From: a virus
Length of the DNA stretch: 20,646 bases
Virus record (IMG/VR): IMGVR_UViG_3300031555_002240
Direction: 5' to 3' (one strand)
The notes beneath the pieces were generated by a model that saw only the letters and a list, made by a program, of their open reading frames with translations, searched no databases and had not been told where the DNA came from. The translations under genes were made by a program, and so were the position numbers. Positions 15,881 through 20,646 of the stretch are shown piece by piece (positions within the stretch are counted from its first letter, which is position 1; every line of letters begins with the position of its first letter).

Positions 15881-16384
15881 TTATCCCTCATAAGTTTTAA
15901 ATAGCTGCGCCATCGTCATACCGTTAGCACGAGCAAGATCTACAGCCAAAGCACACACATTTGTTTCATTAGAGGCATGAAGTTCTTCAGCAATGTATTC
16001 AGTTAGAGTGTTATACTCATTGGGACAGCGTGCAGCTACATATTCCTTGAAAGAATAATGATACGCTTCTTTCTCAGAATCTGGTTCATCGTCCCAATCA
16101 ACTCTTAAATCCATGCGCTTATACTGGTTCTCCCATGCAATTAGTTCCTTGCCGTTTACAGTAAAGAAATCGCAAGGTGTTCCCATATTAGAACCCTTGG
16201 CATATCTATACCAACCCCACTCGTCTTTCCATTCAGAAGTGTATTCTAGCTTCTTTACATCATCCTTGGAAAGCTCCCATACCTCGTAATGGGGCTTTTC
16301 ACTACCTCTATAAGTCCTGGTTGCCTTAATGCCAAGCTCCTTAAAAGCTTTATTCAACCCATTGCCGCCTAGAATCTCTGCCAT
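15881..16384 (-). CDS. Hypothetical protein (167 aa, Trp-rich)
   Basis: The ORF is coupled to the upstream gene as TAAATG with a GGAG SD. No recognisable motifs were found. Confidence 0.5.
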   Translation of the reverse strand: MAEILGGNGLNKAFKELGIKATRTYRGSEKPHYEVWELSKDDVKKLEYTSEWKDEWGWYRYAKGSNMGTPCDFFTVNGKELIAWENQYKRMDLRVDWDDEPDSEKEAYHYSFKEYVAARCPNEYNTLTEYIAEELHASNETNVCALAVDLARANGMTMAQLFKTYEG

Positions 16385-17173
16385 TTACTCATTCTCCTTG
16401 TTACTTAAATGTTCCTTCATTGCTTTAATCATATTCAAAACATCACGCTTATGAATATTTTCTTCCATCCATGCGATATAATCAGGTGCGGATTTATAAA
16501 CATCAATTAGACGCTGGCCTGCGTGTCTACCAAATGTTAATGTATAGTTTTCATCAAATTGCAATGGCGCACTTAAATCCGTAAAAATATCTTTTAGATA
16601 TTCAGGTGGCTGCATATCAATATTATTTCTACTGCTCAAAATGTCACATTCATGAATCATAACTTCCATTGGATTTTCTGGTTCAGGAAGTACAACTTTG
16701 CTTTTCTTTGAACTTGTCCACTCACCACTATGTCTTTCGCACATACGTGCAATGGCTTCCTTTGCTTTTTCATCAATGTCATGTTCAACCTTGGTTTCTC
16801 TCACCCAGGTGCCAGCTAACATTGGATGCTCGTGAACTGTATAAGTAGAACCATTCCATCCACACTTGATAGCGTCATGGAAAATAGGCACACATCGCAT
16901 AGCATCACGCTGCATTTCAGATTTGAACTTTTCCTTGTTGCACTTTAAGGAAAGTCTATAATTCAAGATCTCTGCGAACATAATGATATGATAAATCTGC
17001 CCATGAGGCTGACACTGTGTTTTATTATGATACTTTCCAGATGTGCTAGAAGGCATATCAAAAATATAATCTGGAATCTGTTTAATCATATCTGCACAAT
17101 ATAATCGCATTTGCTCAGTCTCAAACTTATCAAGCAGAGGTTGAAACACTGCAACTTTCTGTTCTTCTGTCAT
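16385..17173 (-). CDS. HD-domain phosphohydrolase with a C-terminal DUF3820-like motif
   Basis: HD-type metal ligand candidates are GKYH, IFHDAIK, HSGEW and IHECD. The C-terminal FGRHAGQRLIDV...PDYIAWM resembles the FGKYKG...L..V...DP.YL.WL tail found on many phage nucleases. A GGAGG SD lies 8 nt before the ATG. Confidence 0.55.
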   Translation of the reverse strand: MTEEQKVAVFQPLLDKFETEQMRLYCADMIKQIPDYIFDMPSSTSGKYHNKTQCQPHGQIYHIIMFAEILNYRLSLKCNKEKFKSEMQRDAMRCVPIFHDAIKCGWNGSTYTVHEHPMLAGTWVRETKVEHDIDEKAKEAIARMCERHSGEWTSSKKSKVVLPEPENPMEVMIHECDILSSRNNIDMQPPEYLKDIFTDLSAPLQFDENYTLTFGRHAGQRLIDVYKSAPDYIAWMEENIHKRDVLNMIKAMKEHLSNKENE

Positions 17174-17176
17174 TAC

Positions 17177-17338
17177 TTAATCCTCCACATACTCAACAAC
17201 GTAATCAGTTTTATGACAGCAATCACACTGATATTCTTCGTCGCTCATAACCATTTTTTTAATTTCCTTCTTAGTAGGTTTCATAATTCTAATATAACAC
17301 TTCTTGCATAGGTTTTCATACATGTCCTGCTGACCCAT
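17177..17338 (-). CDS. Small zinc-ribbon-like protein (53 aa), not in the supplied ORF track
   Basis: The product is MGQQDMYENLCKKCYIRIMKPTKKEIKKMVMSDEEYQCDCCHKTDYVVEYVED, with CxxC and CxCC motifs. Its ATG overlaps the upstream stop as TAATG. An AAGGAG SD lies 7 nt upstream, and its 3' end carries the SD for the HD gene. Confidence 0.5.
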   Translation of the reverse strand: MGQQDMYENLCKKCYIRIMKPTKKEIKKMVMSDEEYQCDCCHKTDYVVEYVED

Positions 17339-18231
17339 TATTCTTCTCCTTTAATTTTTCTAAACATATCATCAATATTATCCATGATCGGATATCTTTC
17401 AGTTGCTAAAGAATTTTTACCAAAAGTTCCATCTACCATGTCAATATAGAAAGTATAATTGCCGTCATCGCCCATGTAGAATTCTTCCCACTGCTCTTCA
17501 GGAAGATTTTCCTGTACATGAAGCTGCTTAATTGCAAGGTTATCAAAGCTTACAACCTTAAACCAACCATTGTTAATGACTTCAGGGAACAGATACTTAT
17601 CCAAGTCTTCCTGTAGAGCGTTTACAATTGCATCATTCTGTTCGTAGTAACTTTCTCCACGACGAAGATTCTTATAGCCAAGGATAAGAACCTTGAGATT
17701 ATGTCCTGCCAGACAAGTTAGGTCATGTACAGACACAACACCATTAATCACATGAACAACGGCATTAGGGATCTGAGTAATCATATTAATAAACTTGTCA
17801 GTAGGCTCTTTCAGAGATACACCAAGGCCATAGATTAAGCCCATATCAATCCACTCTTTTAGCGCATTAAAATGTCTTTCAAAATGAATTTGATTGACAG
17901 TCATATTCAGAATGATTTTCTTTTCTCTCATCTTGTACATAAAAGAGACTAGGTCAGGATGAGACAAGTCATTGCCATTGATGGCAAGCTCAGTATAGGG
18001 ATGCAGAGTTTCTAAGAACTTATAGTTCATAATGTCACCATGTCTACCGTTAGGAGTACATCCTTCATAGCAAAACGGACATCCACCATCGCACTTATCA
18101 GTAATTTTCATATCGCAATTTTCTGCAAAAGAAGGAATGAATTCATTGTCATTCGTTTCTCTAATCTTAGTGCCGTCAGACAATATAGTTACAATATAAT
18201 TTCCGTTCTTATACTTGCCAATAATATTCAT
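17338..18231 (-). CDS. Putative radical SAM-like enzyme with a CxxxCxxC motif
   Basis: CDGGCPFC is Cx3Cx2C with an aromatic residue before the third Cys. The size (297 aa) and an N-terminal extension of about 45 aa are compatible with an activase-type radical SAM protein. An AAGGAG SD precedes ATG 18231. Confidence 0.4.
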   Translation of the reverse strand: MNIIGKYKNGNYIVTILSDGTKIRETNDNEFIPSFAENCDMKITDKCDGGCPFCYEGCTPNGRHGDIMNYKFLETLHPYTELAINGNDLSHPDLVSFMYKMREKKIILNMTVNQIHFERHFNALKEWIDMGLIYGLGVSLKEPTDKFINMITQIPNAVVHVINGVVSVHDLTCLAGHNLKVLILGYKNLRRGESYYEQNDAIVNALQEDLDKYLFPEVINNGWFKVVSFDNLAIKQLHVQENLPEEQWEEFYMGDDGNYTFYIDMVDGTFGKNSLATERYPIMDNIDDMFRKIKGEE

Positions 18232-18241
18232 TTAAGTCTCC

Positions 18242-18613
18242 TTAATCATGTCCATAGTAACAAACAGCCACAATCTCTTCGCCATTGGGAGTAGTATAAT
18301 GAGTTACATCAGTCTCATAATAATGGCCCCAATTTTCGTAGGTATAAATCTCATATTCTTTAAGATATTCGTCAATATCATCGTTTTCTTCCATCGGCTT
18401 ATACCAAGATTTTGTCTTAATAAGCTCCATTGCTTCATCATATGTAAGGAATGCTTTATTCTTCAAATGAGAAGTTGTGTCGTACCACCAACCATTATTT
18501 CTATAGACCTTGCCATTTTTCCAATCATCAAACTCATTCTGAGTACACATCGTAATAGAATGTACGGAACTACTATTAGTTTCAAAAACTCCCTGTCTAA
18601 TTTGTCTCTTCAT
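18242..18613 (-). CDS. Protein of unknown function carrying the conserved N-terminal tag MKRQIRQGVFETNSSSVHSI
   Basis: A GGAGG SD lies 7 nt before ATG 18613. The first 20 aa are near-identical to the N-terminus of the adjacent upstream gene product, and the rest is unrelated. Confidence 0.55.
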   Translation of the reverse strand: MKRQIRQGVFETNSSSVHSITMCTQNEFDDWKNGKVYRNNGWWYDTTSHLKNKAFLTYDEAMELIKTKSWYKPMEENDDIDEYLKEYEIYTYENWGHYYETDVTHYTTPNGEEIVAVCYYGHD

Positions 18614-18625
18614 ATAACTTCCTCC

Positions 18626-19186
18626 TTAGTTGCCCTTGTAATACCACTCATAACTATCCCAATCACTCATGTAATATGGGTTTTTAATTTTATGTGTTGT
18701 CTTAGATGACCAGTCATACTCATCCAAGTATTCTTCTGTTCTTTCAATGAAGCATCTTTGTTGAGAATCAGAATTATCATTTCCAGTAAATACTAAACCG
18801 CCACCAAGGAATCGTACTAGTTTATCACCATCATTTAGCAGTTCATCAACAAATTCTTTTAGCTCATAACCATGATCAATATAACCATCATGACTTAGCC
18901 ATCCGTTACGCTCTTCAAAGTCAACATCATAAAAAGTAAACTCAATATCATGTGCGTTCAAAATGTCTTTCAATGTTGCAAGCTTTTCTTCTAGTTCAGC
19001 GGCTGTTTCTGAGGTATCATAAATAGCTGTATAAAAATAATCTGCGGCATCTACTTCATCCCATTCCCATCCAAACTCACCTTCACGAAAATACACACAA
19101 CTTGGCGCTGCACAATTTCTAGGAATTGCGATACTATGTGTGCTACTTGAATTGGTCTCAAACACACCTCTTCTAATTTGAATCAT
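18626..19186 (-). CDS. Protein of unknown function carrying the conserved N-terminal tag MIQIRRGVFETNSSSTHSI
   Basis: ATG 19186 is preceded by an AAAGGAAA SD from the leader motif. An in-frame alternative ATG at 19204 lies inside the motif, and the longest ORF runs to 19282. The tag matches the downstream gene at 16 of 21 positions. Confidence 0.55.
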   Translation of the reverse strand: MIQIRRGVFETNSSSTHSIAIPRNCAAPSCVYFREGEFGWEWDEVDAADYFYTAIYDTSETAAELEEKLATLKDILNAHDIEFTFYDVDFEERNGWLSHDGYIDHGYELKEFVDELLNDGDKLVRFLGGGLVFTGNDNSDSQQRCFIERTEEYLDEYDWSSKTTHKIKNPYYMSDWDSYEWYYKGN

Positions 19187-19203
19187 TTTGTAATTTCCTT
19201 TCA

Positions 19204-19220
19204 TTAATTTTGTTTTGTTA
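19204..19220 (-). promoter_or_regulatory. Instance i of the conserved leader motif TTAACAAAACAAAATTAA
   Basis: The stop of the dCMP deaminase gene is embedded in the motif. An AAAGGAAA SD and ATG 19186 follow. Confidence 0.5.
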
Positions 19221-19634
19221 ATATATAATCTCTTCATGAGAGAATCCGCCCTCATTTGAGTAATAAATGTTTCTGATTCCAAGGTCTTTTATTAAGTTAA
19301 AACAGCTCTCACAAGGCCGTGCAAGCCCCAGTTCGCCGTTTTTATAAGATCTAAATATGTAAATGTCTACATTTTTAAAATCAATATCCTTGCGCCCAAT
19401 AAGCGGCTTGAGGCAACTTGTTTCGGCGTGGCAAGTGTGTGGAGTTTCAACTGTAAATCTGTACTGATTATATTTTTTCTGAAGAGGACTTGTGCGCATA
19501 GAGTTACAGCCTGTGCTGATTACTTTGTGTTTATATACGGCGCACGCACCAATTTGAACTCTAGGAAAATCAGACAGTTTAGATACTTCCTTTGCAATAT
19601 TAAAATATGCCCTGTCTTTCTTTGTCAACTCCAC
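19218..19634 (-). CDS. dCMP/cytidine deaminase family zinc enzyme
   Basis: CHAE plus PCESC is the H(A/C)E...PCxxC zinc-binding signature of the dCMP deaminase (ComEB/Cd) family. The start is GTG at 19634 with an AAAGGTAGAG SD. Confidence 0.8.
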   Translation of the reverse strand: MELTKKDRAYFNIAKEVSKLSDFPRVQIGACAVYKHKVISTGCNSMRTSPLQKKYNQYRFTVETPHTCHAETSCLKPLIGRKDIDFKNVDIYIFRSYKNGELGLARPCESCFNLIKDLGIRNIYYSNEGGFSHEEIIY

Positions 19635-19651
19635 AACTCTCTACCTTTCTT

Positions 19652-19792
19652 TTAATCATACAGCTTTTTATTTTTGCGATCCTTTTGTCTATTGTACTTC
19701 TTACGGCTTTCAACAATTCTTGTTACTGGGCTCATGGGCCACAAGTTGCGTTGCTTCTTAGCCTCTTCCTTTTTCTGATTCTTGTCAATCAC
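19652..19792 (-). CDS. Possible small, highly basic protein (27-46 aa, Lys/Arg-rich)
   Basis: An unannotated ORF ...KKQRNLWPMSPVTRIVESRKKYNRQKDRKNKKLYD lies between the primase-like and deaminase genes. The start is either GTG 19792 (AAGGT SD, overlapping the upstream stop) or ATG 19735 (no SD). Confidence 0.25.
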   Translation of the reverse strand: MIDKNQKKEEAKKQRNLWPMSPVTRIVESRKKYNRQKDRKNKKLYD

Positions 19793-20646
19793 TTAAATCA
19801 CTACCTTTACTAACATCATAAATATGATTGCTAACAAGCTTGGTCCACTTTTCGGGGCAGTCAGATGGGCTTTCTTTTTCATCAAGAATGTTGTCTTTAT
19901 CTATAACTGCATAAACAGTGATACCGTCCATAAACATTGATGCTATTTCTTTTAACTCTGCTTCGTCAACATCCTTGTCAAGTGCAAGAATTGGAGTGCA
20001 TCCAGTTCGTGTAATTTCTTCAACTTGGTACTTAGAAATAGTTTTGCCGCCAGTCGATACGCATGAACGCACTCCAATAGTAGCCAACTGTTGAACTGCC
20101 TTTTCGCTTTCAAGGACATATATATATTTGTTTTGCTTTATGTAATCTTTGTTTTGCCAATAGCCATAAAGAATTTTGGATTTGTTACATTTTTCAAGAT
20201 AGGTGTATTTAGTATGCGTCTCATCTGGATCTCCAAAGTAACGACCTTTAACACCACATAACGTACCAAGTGAGTCTCTAATAGGAATAGTAATATAATT
20301 GCTTTGTGGATCATACCCCACTTCAAATTCTTTCTGGACTTCAAGAGAAATATTATCATCCTCAAACATTTTATTACCATAAGGAAGATAATAGCTTAAT
20401 ATTTTTTCAGATATTGGTTTGACTTGACTATTGTCTTCTTCATTATCATTTATGGCCATATCTTTAAGCATGCGAAGAATTTGCAGTGACTCAGGTAAAT
20501 CTTCTCTTTCACCATAATAGTCAATTCCTGCAATTCCACATGTAAATTTCATTGCTTCTGCGAAAGAGCAATCTTCCATATAAGCAATTAAATCAAAAAT
20601 ATCAGCTGTTCTACCATTTTTAGTTATCTGCCTTGTGTAGTTAATA
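19785..20646 (-). CDS. Toprim-domain protein, likely DnaG-type primase; C-terminal part only, the gene continues beyond the right edge
   Basis: Toprim signature: the acidic E in YVLESEKAVQQL and DxD in PILALDKDVDE. The reading frame stays open upstream of the first in-window Met through to position 20646. Confidence 0.55.
   Translation of the reverse strand, partial: INYTRQITKNGRTADIFDLIAYMEDCSFAEAMKFTCGIAGIDYYGEREDLPESLQILRMLKDMAINDNEEDNSQVKPISEKILSYYLPYGNKMFEDDNISLEVQKEFEVGYDPQSNYITIPIRDSLGTLCGVKGRYFGDPDETHTKYTYLEKCNKSKILYGYWQNKDYIKQNKYIYVLESEKAVQQLATIGVRSCVSTGGKTISKYQVEEITRTGCTPILALDKDVDEAELKEIASMFMDGITVYAVIDKDNILDEKESPSDCPEKWTKLVSNHIYDVSKGSDLSD

Noticed and set aside
19187-19282. Long N-terminal extension of the tagged protein to 19282 and of the left-edge gene to 89
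   Set aside because: The extensions read through the conserved leader motif and the stop of the upstream gene. The SD-preceded ATGs at 19186 and 71 fit the pattern seen at the other motif instances.
1-20646. CRISPR arrays, IS elements or terminal inverted repeats
   Set aside because: No direct repeat arrays with regular spacers, no transposase-like ORFs and no long inverted repeats were seen. The only mobile-type gene is the freestanding HNH endonuclease.

Overview
The window is AT-rich (about 35% GC), has a prokaryotic coding style and looks like part of a large phage or phage-like mobile element. Every credible gene is on the minus strand, genes are tightly packed and often translationally coupled, and GGAG-type Shine-Dalgarno sites precede most starts. 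Four exact or near-exact sigma70-type promoters, mostly with the TGn extension, and two clear rho-independent terminators are present. Right to left, the window holds a partial Toprim/primase-like gene, a dCMP deaminase and two genes sharing a near-identical N-terminal 20-aa tag. It continues with a radical-SAM-like protein, an HD hydrolase and an RNA end-repair cassette of ATP-dependent RNA ligase, Pol-beta nucleotidyltransferase, P-loop kinase-HD Pnk and a Thg1-like 3'-5' polymerase. It also encodes a membrane-anchored SleB-type cell-wall hydrolase and a large major-vault-protein-like gene. The left part holds a RecJ-like DHH/DHHA1 nuclease, a coupled pair of a TARG1/DarG-like macrodomain and a PARP2/3-like WGR-HD-ART protein, a GatB/YqeY protein, a Cys-rich beta-helix (bactofilin-like) protein, an HNH homing endonuclease and an NAD-dependent DNA ligase. 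The most unusual content is the reversible ADP-ribosylation writer/eraser pair, the vault-protein homologue, and a 17-nt leader motif reused upstream of at least 9 genes. No rRNA, tRNA or CRISPR arrays were found.
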